This document shows positions 25,309 to 36,966 of a stretch of DNA of 64,000 bases, one piece after another (position 1 is the first letter of the stretch; each line of letters starts with the position of its first letter). The notes beneath the pieces are model-generated. The model was not told where the DNA came from, did no database searches, and saw only the letters and a list, made by a program, of their open reading frames with translations. This DNA comes from Minutocellus sp. GHC0000111 (lineage: Eukaryota): positions 1,426,001 through 1,490,000 of the forward strand of contig OZ361261.1 of the NCBI GenBank assembly GCA_977018835.1, written 5' to 3'. The translations under genes and the position numbers were made by a program.

Positions 25309-26376
25309 TCATGAAACAATGGGCGTCGTTTGATCACTGCCCCACTCAGCCCAACTTCCGTCATATATCAAGGTCTTGCTTGGATCACGGCCGCACTCCT
25401 CCAACGCCATGGCAACGGTACATGCTGTGACACCACTGCCACACGAGCAGATGATCTTCTTGTCCGTGGATACGTCGACACCGCCCTTCTCGAATGCCGC
25501 CTTTAACTCATCTGTGCTCTTGAACTTGGTGGAATCGTTAGGATCGAGCAGGTCAGCGAACGGGACGTTGAAACTTCCCGGCATGTGCCCCCCTCTCATA
25601 CCTTCTCTTGGCTCCGGTGCTTCGGCTTTGAATCTTGCGGCTCCTCGAGCATCGACAACAATCGAGTCAGCCTTGTCTTTCGCATTCACCACTCCCAATA
25701 CATGTTCCATGTCAACCATTTATGTTGCATCCTTGGCCTGATATTTTGCTTCCTTTGCCACATCCAAGTCGGCAGCCGATATGGCCTTGGTGGGATCGGT
25801 ATCAACAGCCCCCTTCTTGTCCATCCATTCCGCAAGCGAGCCCTGCATCAAATGGACTTTATCTTCATCATGGCCCATGGCGCGCAATGTGTAAAAACAT
25901 CGAGCGGTAAACATGCACCCCTCGGTCCCATAGACAACCAGGTGATCATCATTTGATATATCTAATGCATCCATGGCCGCGGCAAATAGGCTCTTGGGAG
26001 GCATCATGTGGGGCAGGCCTTTTGGGTTTGCGTTTCCCTTGGTCGAGATGTCGTCAATATCAAAGAACTTTGCGCCAGATATGCGAGGCCCGGCCTCATA
26101 GTCGGCACGACCATCCCGATCGGCCGCCAAATGCCAGCTTCCATCGATGAAGTTGACATCATCGCTGCCAAAGGCCTCGAGGCAATCTTCAACCGAGACG
26201 AGATTTCCAGAGAGAGCCGACAAGGCAGAGGTGGCAGCAGCAGTAGCGGAGGAGGAGGTAAAGGATCGTCGGGAGGGCGCGGGTGGTGCGGAGTGCCGGA
26301 AGGCAAACGCAGCGGCCGATCGAGCACTCGTCGAAAAGATGGAAATCATCATTAGGAGGGAAGAGAGGTTGGCCAT
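25309..26376 (-). CDS. 3-mercaptopyruvate/thiosulfate sulfurtransferase (tandem rhodanese); in-frame TAA at 25720-25722
   Basis: Motifs IDGSWH, FFDIDDIS, LPHMMP, VDARGAARF..EPREGMRGGHMPGS, CGSGVTAC and YDGSWAEW. The two ORFs abut in frame. The leader (...AAAFAF) looks like a bipartite plastid signal. Confidence 0.9.
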
Positions 26377-26922
26377 GCTGGTGTTTGATTCGTCGGGGGG
26401 TACTCGTACAAAAGCAAGAGGAAGGTGCCTTTACCTCCTACGTAGCTAGCTAGCTACTCGACTGGCGGCGCGGACCGGCCGCCGGTGCGGCCGGTCCGCC
26501 GCCAGCTTGGCCTGAAATCAGCGAATCGGGGTGCACCCATCCCCTCAATACTTGACAGAGGGCCCATAACCCGAACAAAAAGGGAGAGTTTCACCAGTTT
26601 TGGTGACACAAGGCAAGACTCCGATAAGAAATACATTACAAAGAAAAAACATGATGATGAGATGCACCAAAATGGAAAAAGAGTGTATGGGGCAAAAAGA
26701 CAGAAAATTTTGGAATTTTCCCCTATTTTCACTCCCACACCGCTCGAAGCCACTCAAATCAGCCACGCGGGCTTTCTGTGCATCGGATCGCGAGCGAAGC
26801 TTTTTTGACTTCAACAGGCAAGGCTGCCCACAATTCGTCGTCCACCGACCACCGTCATAGAGAGGATATCCAATCCAATCTCGACCATTATCTTCGAGAT
26901 TCATCTCAAAACCTTTCCTGTA

Positions 26923-29595
26923 ATGGTATCTTTTACTCGTCTGGCTGTATTGGTCGCCCTGAGCAGCAGCTATCGTCAGAACCAACCAACCATCGTCGGT
27001 GTCAACGGTTTCATCCCACAGACAGCAAATAAAAACAATATGCCCTACTCGGCTGCCAGACAAATGGTCGCTCAGCCCATTGAAGTGAACGGCAAGACTG
27101 CCGAGGATGTTGCCTCGGAAGAGTGAGTCTCTTATGGTGCTGCTGGTATAATTTGCAATGCAGCACATCTTGTGCCAACATTCTCCATTTCGACAAATTT
27201 CTCACATAAATTGCTCGATGCAATTGCAATTGCATTCTGCAAATTCGGCAATGGACACGAATCGACTTCAATCGACCACAGGAAGAAGCAAGATACCGCC
27301 GATGCATTCCAAACCATCCCCGCCGGCATCTCTTCGCCTACTGGATACCTCGCTTCGCACGATGCCGCCGCCCTCGACTCCGAGCTCATGTCGACCACTG
27401 GCTTCTCCCGCGAGCAGCTCATGGAGATGACTGGCTCCGCCGTAGCCGAGGCCGTCTACACCATCCTCGACGTGTCGTCTCCCATCATCATCGGCCGGAA
27501 GAAGATCCTCCTTGTTGCCGGTCCCGGTAACAACGGCGGTGATGGTCTCGTCGCGGCTCGTCATTTGGCTCTCTTTGGATTCGATGTGTCCGTCGTCTAC
27601 CCCGCCGCCGATACCTCCTCGGAGAAGGCCCATTTGGCCAAGCTGGCCCAGCAGGCCGATGACGTTGGTGTAAACTTCCTCGATGAGTTCCCCAGCCAGA
27701 AGGCCATGGACGGAGACTATGCCGTCATCGTCGATGCCATGTTTGGCTTCTCCTTCTCGTCGGAGCGGGGCATGTCGTCGCCGTATGATGCCATCCTGTC
27801 TGATCTCATTTCCACCCAAAAGGGTGATCAGGGTACCAAGATCATCAGTGTCGACGTCCCCTCCAGCTGGGATGTCGACAGTGGTGACATCCTCGGCACT
27901 GGCTTCATGCCCGATGCCCTCGTTAGTTTGACCGCCCCCAAGCTCTGCGCCAAGAACTTTAGCGGTAGACATTTCGTCGGTGGTCGCTTCCTTAGCCCCA
28001 CCCTGTCCAAGAAGTATGGCGTCAGGATGCCCCCCTTCGAGGGAGTTTCGCAGGTGATGGAGGTATCGGAGACCGCATCTGTCGGTGGAGCGGCCGGTGG
28101 TGCCGTTGCCGACAGCCTCGAGATGGACTACGCCAGGCGTCTCGCCGCCAAGAATGTGGAGGTTGAGCACGGCCGTGGACAGTGGGAACACTATGGTGAT
28201 CTCGAGACCTTCACGGTGAGTTTACAAAATAGCATGCAAATGAATGGGGCGTCTATTTTCCCCCGCTATTGATTTCAACTAATATCTTGGCTCTCTCGTT
28301 TCTTTTCTTATGTTACCGCAATGCAGCCCGGCAAGTACCAGATCAAGTGCTTCAATAAGATCAGTCTCAAGGGCCTCGAGGGATTGACTGGTGACGAAAA
28401 GTACGACGTCCGCCCTGATGGCATTGAGGGCGCCAACGCCCACGCCATCCTCCTCCGCTCTCACAAACTCAAGGAGGAGGACGTTCCCAAGACCTGCCGT
28501 GCCATCGCTCGCTGTGGATCTGGTGTGAACAACATCCCCGTCGCTCGCATGACTGAGCTTGGCATCCCGGTATTCAACACCCCCGGTGCCAACGCCAACG
28601 CCGTCAAGGAGCTTGTTTTCTGTGGTATGCTCATTGGTTCCCGCCGCATCGTTGACGGAAGCAACCACATGAAGGAGCTCGCTCGCCAGGGAATTGCCAA
28701 GGAGCGCGTCGAGAAGGACAAGGCGATGTTTGGGGGCAGGGAGCTCAAGGGGAAGACTCTCGCTGTTATCGGCCTTGGCAACATCGGAGCTCAAACCGTC
28801 CGCGATGCGGCCCTCGCCCTCGGCATGAAGACTGCTGGATACGATCCCTACCTCTCGGTTGAGAATGCCATGAAGCTACCCAACGACATTTTCCTTGCTG
28901 ACTCCATCAAGGAAGCCGTCGCCAACGCTGACTACATCTCGCTCAATATTCCGTATATCACCGGAGAGGGTGGCACGCAAGGTGTGATCAACAAGGAGAT
29001 TTTGGATTCTATGAAGGACGATGCCGTCCTTCTCAACTTTGCCCGTGGCGAGCTCGTCGATTCCGATGCTATGAAGGAGTTCCTCGATCGCGGCAATGGT
29101 CGGTATATTTCCGACTTCCCCGACGATCTTCTTTGGGATCACGACAACATGATCATCCTTCCCCATCTCGGTGCTTCCACCGAGGAGGCCGAGGATTGTG
29201 CCGCCTCCATGGCCGCCGAGCAGATCCAAGACTTCCTCGAGACTGGTGCGATCAGAAATTCCGTCAACTTCCCCGCCATTGACCTTCCCGGCCGCGCCGA
29301 GCACACTGTCCGATTTACTGTTGTCAGCCACGATGCTCCCGGCATTCTTGGCCACATCAATGAGGCCTTTGGTGAGGCTGGCCTCAACATTGTGCAAGAA
29401 ATTGCCAAGACCCGTGGGCCCGTCTCTTACACTGTCCTTGACGTCGACACCAGCGAGTGTGGCGATGACAATGTTTCCTTGAAGGATGTCCAAGAAAAGA
29501 TTACCATGCTCAATGGCGTATGTAGTAGTCGTGTCATCTATGGCAAGCCGGGATCGGGTTATGCCAAGAATTTGGAAGGCGATTACTTTGTCTAA
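26923..29595 (+). CDS. Fusion of NAD(P)HX epimerase (YjeF_N/NAXE) and D-3-phosphoglycerate dehydrogenase with ACT domain (3 exons)
   Basis: Exon 1 26923-27122, intron 27123-27281. Exon 2 has QLMEMTG, AGPGNNGGDGLVAARHL, IVDAMFGF, SVDVPSSW and LVSLTAPK. Intron 28216-28326 is phase 0. Exon 3 has IARCGSGVNNI, FNTPGANANAVKEL, GLGNIG, NFARGELVD, PHLGAST and a C-terminal ACT. Confidence 0.85.
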
Positions 29596-29830
29596 AGAGA
29601 TGAGTTACCGGAACTTTATTACCGATTGACGAATTACATTTGTTTTGTAGGAGTAGGTAGATAGATTTATAAAATGAACAACAGCAAGAGCGCGTATTTT
29701 CATTTTTCTGTATCACTATTATCTGATGTATATGTTTTCATCACCGACTGTTTCGACTACATGTATGCAATCTATACTCAAATTTCCTTGCGCGAACGGA
29801 TGTTCATACGGAGCCTCCAATAAAACTCAG

Positions 29831-30223
29831 TCATATTTCTCGCAGACAGTAATGGTTGTTGTACTCAAATGGCATGGCAGCCCCTCTTGGTGCCCTCTTC
29901 CAGTCTCCGCGTTCTTGCTTGACGACGTGGGATGCCAATAACCAATTCTGCCCCTTGTGCTGGATCGTATAGCCTCGAAGCTGTGCCCCATCGCGAGGCC
30001 AGTGATTGTTCGACGCCAGACGAGGACCATTCGGTCGAGGATCGGCACGCCAAAACATGCCTGTGCATCCCGGTCGAAGCTTGGTCAAGGCGTATTCCTT
30101 TGGGCTTTGGTCGGCAAACTCTTTGGAGAGCGGATCTTCGTCGATCTGGGCTTGGGCTTTATTGTTGTGTTGACTACTTTTGCTGCTTCCTTTTGTACTT
30201 GCAGAAGACATGTTGGATCCCAT
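29831..30223 (-). CDS. Small hypothetical protein, possible N-myristoylation (MGxxxS)
   Basis: 130-aa ORF starting MGSNMS, with a compact aromatic-rich C-terminal domain (GCTGMFWRADP, WPRDGAQLRG). Confidence 0.6.
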   Translation of the reverse strand: MGSNMSSASTKGSSKSSQHNNKAQAQIDEDPLSKEFADQSPKEYALTKLRPGCTGMFWRADPRPNGPRLASNNHWPRDGAQLRGYTIQHKGQNWLLASHVVKQERGDWKRAPRGAAMPFEYNNHYCLREI

Positions 30224-30952
30224 GGTTGATTTTCTTTCGCTGTTTTTGCTGTATCCGACTTTTGTTGGTTGATTGAAACCGTTGGCGATTTGTTCAATTT
30301 GTGAGCCAAATGAATTTCATCGTGCGCGGTAAAGCATCGGATCGATCGGCGGCAGCGCAAGATGCACGGGTAACTTTGCACGAAACTGCTCGGGCTGTGC
30401 CACCGTATCTACGTAGCTACGGGGTCTACGTACGACGTGTGCATCCAAGACACGCCAGACTCATCTCAATGCATGCCACCTCAGTTTTTTGTTGACAGGC
30501 CGCATCACCAGTCAGCGAGAATCTTGAAAGTGCAGCCGCATCCTCGGTCGGTGTCCAACCATTTATTTGCGGACTTGCGGCCCCGAATCCTTTTGCGGAG
30601 CCATCACAATTCAGTTTTTGGTATGTTCGTGAAGTGTTTGCGTTTGCGTTGATCATGCAGTATCTCTTGTTGCCTCTTCTTGTCCCTCGAGTGCATTGGG
30701 AACGACGCATGCATGTTCTTTCTGCTGGTCTACTTTTGCGGTAACAATTTCAGACAGCAAAAGTGACAGTTGAATGCCTTGTCTCTCGCAATCAACGCAT
30801 CAGAGAAGAGCCTGGCAGATATCCGATTGCGAAGCCCCTTTTTTGCAATTTCATCCTACGTAGTAGCTAACTGCTCTCTTCTATTTCATCATTTCCTCTC
30901 GATCTCACCACTCGCCAGGCGCCTTAGGTCAGGTCTACTTTGAGTTTTCAAG

Positions 30953-32632
30953 ATGCAGGTGTCGTCCCCAATGCTCCGTGCTCAGAGCGCCAACGTTTTG
31001 GCCGCTCCCCTCTCCATCTCCTCCGATGTCACCCATTCGTCAACAGCCAGCGATGGAGGAATTCTCAGTCCTCACAGCGCCAATACTTTGCCGGTCGAGC
31101 CTGTTCTTGTAATCAAGCCTCTCTCCGTTGACGTGGTAAAGGAGGAACAGACGCCGGTCCCGCTCAATCACCAGAATCTTTCTCGTCTGAGCGACAAGAT
31201 TTCCATCCCCACTTACGATCGTTCTGCTCTTCGTGCCGGTATTGTCCACATTGGACAGGGCAATTTCCATCGATCGCACATGGCCAGCTACCTCGATGAT
31301 CTATTTCACCTCGACTTTGACAACAACAAGGAATGGGCAATTGTCGGCGGCGGCATTATGAGCTTTGATGCCGATAAACGCAACCTCCTTCAGTCTCAGG
31401 ATTGGCTGCAGACTTTGGTGCAGCAAGACGGCGAATCGAGCAAGGCCAAGGTGATTGGCTCAATGATCGACTTCCTACCCGTCGATGCCGATGGGCGCAG
31501 CCTCCTCGCCGCAATGACCAGCCCCGGCATCAAGATTGTTTCGCTCACCGTCACCGAGGGAGGATATTTCCTCAACAATGGTGCATTCGATCCCAACCAC
31601 CCTCAGATTCAGCATGATATCAACAATCCTGATCAACCCAAGACGTGCTTCGGTATGATGATCAAGGCCCTGCGAATCCGCCAGCAAGCAGGTCTGCAGC
31701 CGTTCACCGTCGTTTCCTGCGATAACATCCCTCACAACGGCCGTGTCGTTCAGAGCGTCCTCCTCGGCATCGCCTCGGCCATTGATCCCGTCTTTGCTCA
31801 ATGGATGAAGGAAAATGTTGCCTGCCCCAATAGCATGGTCGATCGCATTACACCTGGTACCACCGATAAGCAGCGCCAGTACTGCCGAGAAGAGTTGGGA
31901 TGCGAAGATGCCGCTCCCATCTTTTGCGAGCCATATCGCCAGTGGGTCCTCGAGGACAACTTCCCGCAGGGAAGACCCAATCTTGAAATGTTGGAGAATG
32001 TGACTTTTGTCCCCGACGTTGCTTCCTACGAATTCATGAAGATTCGTATCCTCAATGGTGGTCATGCCTCCCTCTGTTATCCGTCGGCGCTCTTGGGTGT
32101 CAAGTACGTTCACGAAGCCATGGAACACCGCACAATCCGGCCATTCCTCGATGCTCTCGAGCGCGACGAGATCATCCCCACAGTCGGCCCAGTCCCCGAC
32201 ACCTCGCTTCCTGGATATTACGACCTGATTGCCAGCCGATTTGCCAATCCCACCATTTGCGATACCATCACACGCATCTGCTTTGGTGGCGGGTCAAACC
32301 AACCCAAATTCACAATCCCGGTGGCTGCTGATAATCTCAATGCCGGTCGCAAGGTCGATGGCATTGCCTTGGTCTCAGCCATGTGGTGCAAGTACTGCCA
32401 GGGCAAGACGGAGGCTGGCGATGACATTGCCGCCAATGATCCTCAGTGGGATCGTCTTCAGGCCATCGCCCTTCAGGCCAGTATCAACCCTCAGCACTGG
32501 CTCACATCTTTGCCGGATGTGTACGGCTCCATTGGCAACAACCCCACGTTTGCAGCGAGCTTTGCCAAGGCTCTCCAAACCATCCAGAACGAGGGAGCCG
32601 AGGCTGCAATGAAGCAGTACATCTCTGCATGA
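30953..32632 (+). CDS. Mannitol 2-dehydrogenase (long-chain polyol dehydrogenase family)
   Basis: Motifs GIVHIGQGNFHRSH, SLTVTEGGY, SCDNIPHNG, PNSMVDRITP, CEPYRQWVLED and MKIRILNGGH. Confidence 0.92.
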   Translation: MQVSSPMLRAQSANVLAAPLSISSDVTHSSTASDGGILSPHSANTLPVEPVLVIKPLSVDVVKEEQTPVPLNHQNLSRLSDKISIPTYDRSALRAGIVHIGQGNFHRSHMASYLDDLFHLDFDNNKEWAIVGGGIMSFDADKRNLLQSQDWLQTLVQQDGESSKAKVIGSMIDFLPVDADGRSLLAAMTSPGIKIVSLTVTEGGYFLNNGAFDPNHPQIQHDINNPDQPKTCFGMMIKALRIRQQAGLQPFTVVSCDNIPHNGRVVQSVLLGIASAIDPVFAQWMKENVACPNSMVDRITPGTTDKQRQYCREELGCEDAAPIFCEPYRQWVLEDNFPQGRPNLEMLENVTFVPDVASYEFMKIRILNGGHASLCYPSALLGVKYVHEAMEHRTIRPFLDALERDEIIPTVGPVPDTSLPGYYDLIASRFANPTICDTITRICFGGGSNQPKFTIPVAADNLNAGRKVDGIALVSAMWCKYCQGKTEAGDDIAANDPQWDRLQAIALQASINPQHWLTSLPDVYGSIGNNPTFAASFAKALQTIQNEGAEAAMKQYISA

Positions 32633-33102
32633 TGCTGACGGTGTTATTTTTGTTCCAGGGAGGGGATAGATTTGGCCATTTCAAGAAGCCACCTATTTAC
32701 CAACATTTCATTCAATTCATCAGTTCGGTTCATTTTTGTCTGTCAGCAGCCACGAGAAGATATATCATTTTAGAGCTACATGTATTTAGCACATAGAGAT
32801 GTCATAGCAGCTAATCATAAATAGTACATTTTATCGCATCTTAATGTGTGCCGGTACTGGGATAGAGTCTAGAGATCTACTTCCAGATCTCTTGCTTCGT
32901 CTGGAATTCAGATCTCCAAGCTTCGAACCGGGATCGGCGAAGTTTAAAACCCACATTACTCTTAGGGGTAACCTAATACATGTAATCCGCACTCGAGAAC
33001 GCTAACGACACAAGACGTGTTGGTTCACATCAGTGGAAGATACGACGAGGCCATCCGCCGCCAGGTAATCTTTTCCCATACCATAACACCCCACCGCACC
33101 AA

Positions 33103-35200
33103 ATGGCTTCCTATGAAATGTACGACCCCGAAGAGGCACTGTCCGATAGCGATGTGGACGACATGAACGGCCACGGCCACGCCCCCCAGGAGGACGAAGA
33201 ACAAGACGAGGAAAAGGTTGAAGAGCAGCTTCGGCAGGAACTGGAGCGGCTCCGAGGTGAAACGGCCATGGCACTCAAAAAATCATGGGCGGAGGTGGAG
33301 CAGCTTCAAAGTGAGGGTGTCGAGGGGAAGGAGAAGGTCAGTCAGCTGGGGCGCGAACTCGATGCTCTTAGGGCGCAGAACCAGCACCAATCGCCTCCGC
33401 AACACAACAATAATCGGGCAACATGGAGTCATCACCGCGATGACTGGCAATCTTCTTCCTCGTCCGAAGATGAATATGACAAAAGAGGCGGAGAAGGTGG
33501 GGGCGGCAGCGGTGGAGTGTACATGGCACCCCGCCGAACTTCTGTTCGGGGCGGTGAGCTGGTTACCGGATCCCGCGTCGCGGCCGCCGCAGCAGGTGAC
33601 TATGCAAGCGACTACGACGACAGCAATACCGAAGACGATTACAACAACGGTGGCCAATATTCCGCGCGCCTCAACGATGCCGATGATTATGTCCGGCGTG
33701 AAAATGCCCAGCAGGAAAAACAGAACGGCGAAAATCCACCGCCTGCAGCTGGCGAGGGACGTCGGAGACGACGATTCTCCATTGGCGGCATGATGAGTGC
33801 TGTGGCGATGGCGCCGGCGGCACCGGAACCACCGTCGGCAACGTTTGAGAGGCGATCGTCGGACTATTCAGAGTCGGGCGTTATGTATGGTCGGCGCCTA
33901 TCGTCTCAGCAGGGAACTGAGGCGGAGGAGAAAAAGCGTGATTGGAAGAGCGGCGACATATCGAGCGACGACGACGATGGCAGTGATTGGGGCAAAGACT
34001 TCGAAGTGCGATTGCGGGAACCCTATGAAGAGTACGTCCAAACGATGCCCAGGGATCCATCCTCAGTCGACGATATCAGTGAGAGCTCGGGTGATATGCA
34101 GCAGTCCCAGGTATCAGAATCCGCTCTTGATTACATTGAAAATGTGTACACACGCGGATTTGGAGGCGACGGAGATGGCGATGCCAAGTCGGTGGGGGCA
34201 GTGCCGACGGGTCCCGGCCGCGATAAGAGAGAAAAGAGGGGCGGCCGAAGGAAGCAGAAGGGAGACCAAGCCGTAGCTGCCGGACAAACCATTGAAAAAT
34301 CAACAAATCGACAGTTTTCGATGGAGCGATCGGGATCGACTCGAAGTCTGGCCGAGGCCAGTCTTGCGGCTGTTTCCAATATGCTGAATCTCGATGATTC
34401 GAAAGATGATGATGATTTTGGGGAAGACGACGCCGGAGCTGATGCCGCTATGGACATTCACGATGATCGGAGAGAAAAGGGCGCCATCGAACTTGGGTTA
34501 GCGGAGCAACTCACTGGACTTGACATAGAGAAACAAAATGTCATTGATGAGATGCAGACCAAGCTGCGGGAAAAGGAGACCGATATTGAGAATATGGAGC
34601 GGACAACAAGCCAACAGGCGCAGCAAATATCTGAGCTCCAAGCCGAACTAGATCAATTACGTGAGCAGGCAGAAGAGGAGGAGAAAAAGGCAGTTGTTCC
34701 AGATATTTGCGATTTACGAGAAGAGATTGAGAAAAATCGAGAGGAGGCCTCAGCCTTGGAACGGCATGTAAGCGATGCTGAATACAGACTTGAAGCTCGA
34801 AAGGAGCGGGAGAAAATTCTCACTTCAGCGCTGGCACAAATTGTAGAAAGCATAAAGTCTGATGAAGAGAATGCCACGGGACAACTGAAAGAAATGGAGG
34901 AACATCTGCGAAAGGCGAATGCGTCACGCGCAAAGTACGAAGAAGAAAATCGATCCATGAGACAAGAGACAGATGACATACTCGTCAAGTTACGCACCGA
35001 CTTTTACGATACCCTTTCTAAGGGAGGCAGCACTGGCGATGCGTTTGCAAATTTAATGGCTGAATTTGAGGAGCTGCGAGAAAAAGAAGAGGAACTTGGA
35101 GCGGTGCTTGTTTCGCGTATGCAAGAGAGGGGAGAAGTCGTCAACGCCTTAGAGGCGATCAAAGAGATTCGAGATCGAGAGGGGCCAAAGCGCCAGGAGT
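33103..35200 (+). CDS. Acidic coiled-coil protein, apparently truncated at ~35200
   Basis: Long ORF (33103..35319) with heptad-rich E/K/Q segments. The last ~40 codons are the antisense of another gene fragment. Confidence 0.65.
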
Positions 35201-35368
35201 GTCACTCGACAGCAGCGCGCATGTGTCGCATGAAGGTTGGTCAAAGCCCCAGGAGCGGCATTCGGCTTCGCTTACAGTGGAAGTTGCCGCCGCCGCTCCG
35301 TCACCGGAAGCCACAGTGACCAGCACGGTGAAATTTAGTATTGCGAGGACAAATATTTTCATTGCCAT
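35195..35368 (-). pseudogene. 5' fragment of a Sep15/SELENOF-like selenoprotein
   Basis: MAMKIFVLAILNFTVLVTVA signal peptide then AECRSWGFDQPSCDTCALL, resembling the Sep15 Cys-rich N-terminus (CRxLGF...CxxCxxL). The sequence breaks off before the CxU domain. Confidence 0.6.
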
Positions 35369-36737
35369 CTTAGTATAGCCGTAGCCACCGCGCCGCAGGT
35401 GGCAATACAACATGCAAGCAAACAGGGCCAGGTGTACCAATTGGGAGAGCAGGGAGAGCAGAGGTAGGCCTACGACGAGCCACCAGATTTGTGGTGCAGT
35501 TTTGTGGTGCAGTTTGTGGTGCAGTTGTGCCACTTGCGTAATTTTGTGGTGCAGCGGGCGAGGGTCAGACCAAGCCTGCTCGCGATTGCGCACCCGCGCC
35601 TTCCGTGTTTTCGCAAGGTCATTTTCGAATTTCCTTGTCAATGTTCAGACACCGAATGTAGGTATGCTTGTTTTCTTGATTGCGAGCCATCCTGATGTCG
35701 GATAATAGCAAATGAAGATGATTTGGAATCCTCTGATCATGCTCTATCGCGCATGTGATGCGGCATTTGCTGTATCTTTGCGGCGCAGGCGGCGAATCGA
35801 CGGCAACTATGCTCTTTGGAAATATATTGGTGGCAGGACGGACGGGACTGCGGGACTGCGTTGTTAGCTTTTCTGTGCATTTATTATACGCACTAATTAT
35901 ATATTTTGATAAACTCGATACCTGCAGGAACGACCATACCAAGATGACAGCACCGCATCCCGTTCGCTCTGCGAAGTTAAGCATCTTCGGCTCAGTTAGT
36001 ACTACGGTGGGGGACCACGTTGGAATCCTGAGTATTTTTTTTTGCTCGTTTGATGAACTAGGTGGTGTCTGGATTGTTTTTTGCCTTTTGTAATTGATTG
36101 GAGGTCCAGGGCTTTTGCGGTTCAGATTATCGGCCTTCAATTCAAGAGGTGACAGCCAACACACATGCACATGTAAATGAACAAATCCACATTGTTGTTC
36201 TTTTGTTTTTGCCGCTTTGGGAAGTCCCAATGTTCCCCTGGAACGTCCCTGGGCCTTACTTTTGCTCTGTTGCGCCTGGAGAGTGTGTTTCTTAGCTCAT
36301 GCATGCATGTGCTCATATGTGAATGACCTGAAGATTCATCAATTCATCGCACGGCAAAGTTTGAACGTTCTAGTGACACGTGAGGAATCGCCAAAACCTA
36401 TTGTAACACACACACACATATATATAAACATAATACGACCCCGAGTTGGTTGGACAGCATAGGAGTTGATTTGTTGATGACTAGATTGCGAGATCGGGGT
36501 AGCGGCCACCAGCACCTCTGCGGCGCACGCGTGAGACCTCCCCTAACGGGCGAAGATCCCCAATTGGTGCCCACAGGTGTTATCAATTGGGTGGCAGCGG
36601 TCGAGTTGTACTCTGCTTGCCTGGCGGTAATCTATTACATCGACGGATTAGCTGGGATTGTGGGCCTGCTTGGTTGAGCTTTGCTCCCAGCAGGATGGTC
36701 TGTTCGTCGTTGGTAGTTCGCTGGGATTTGACCGTTC

Positions 36738-36894
36738 GGATTCGTTCCAACAATCACCTACATGTAGATCTAACTCGCCTACTAATGACATTCTTTGCTG
36801 ATTTGTAATATATATATATATAGGATTCGTTCCAACGATCACCTAACTCGCCTACTAATGACATTCTTTGCTGATTTGTAATATATATATATAT
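36738..36894. repeat. Tandem direct duplication (~72-85 nt) ending in (TA)n
   Basis: ggattcgttccaac(a/g)atcaccta...actcgcctactaatgacattctttgctgatttgtaatatatatatat is present twice. Confidence 0.9.
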
Positions 36895-36966
36895 CTAGCT
36901 CCCGATCAAAACAAACATTGTGTGTATTAGCAGCAGCATTCTTTGCTTCGGCCTTACAACAAATAT

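Noticed and set aside
4207..25722. Alternative genetic code or stop reassignment suggested by in-frame TAG (4207) and TAA (25720)
   Set aside because: Many genes here end normally at TAA or TAG and only two such cases occur among numerous indels, so error or mutation is more parsimonious.
27268..29493. Long antisense ORFs (27268..28191, 28876..29493; also 31475..32128 and 53746..54567)
   Set aside because: Shadow ORFs opposite well-supported genes with strong codon bias, with no motifs of their own.
35400..36700. Short ORFs and the (ttgtggtgcag)n repeat at ~35488-35553
   Set aside because: No coherent coding signal. Treated as intergenic sequence with a minor simple repeat.
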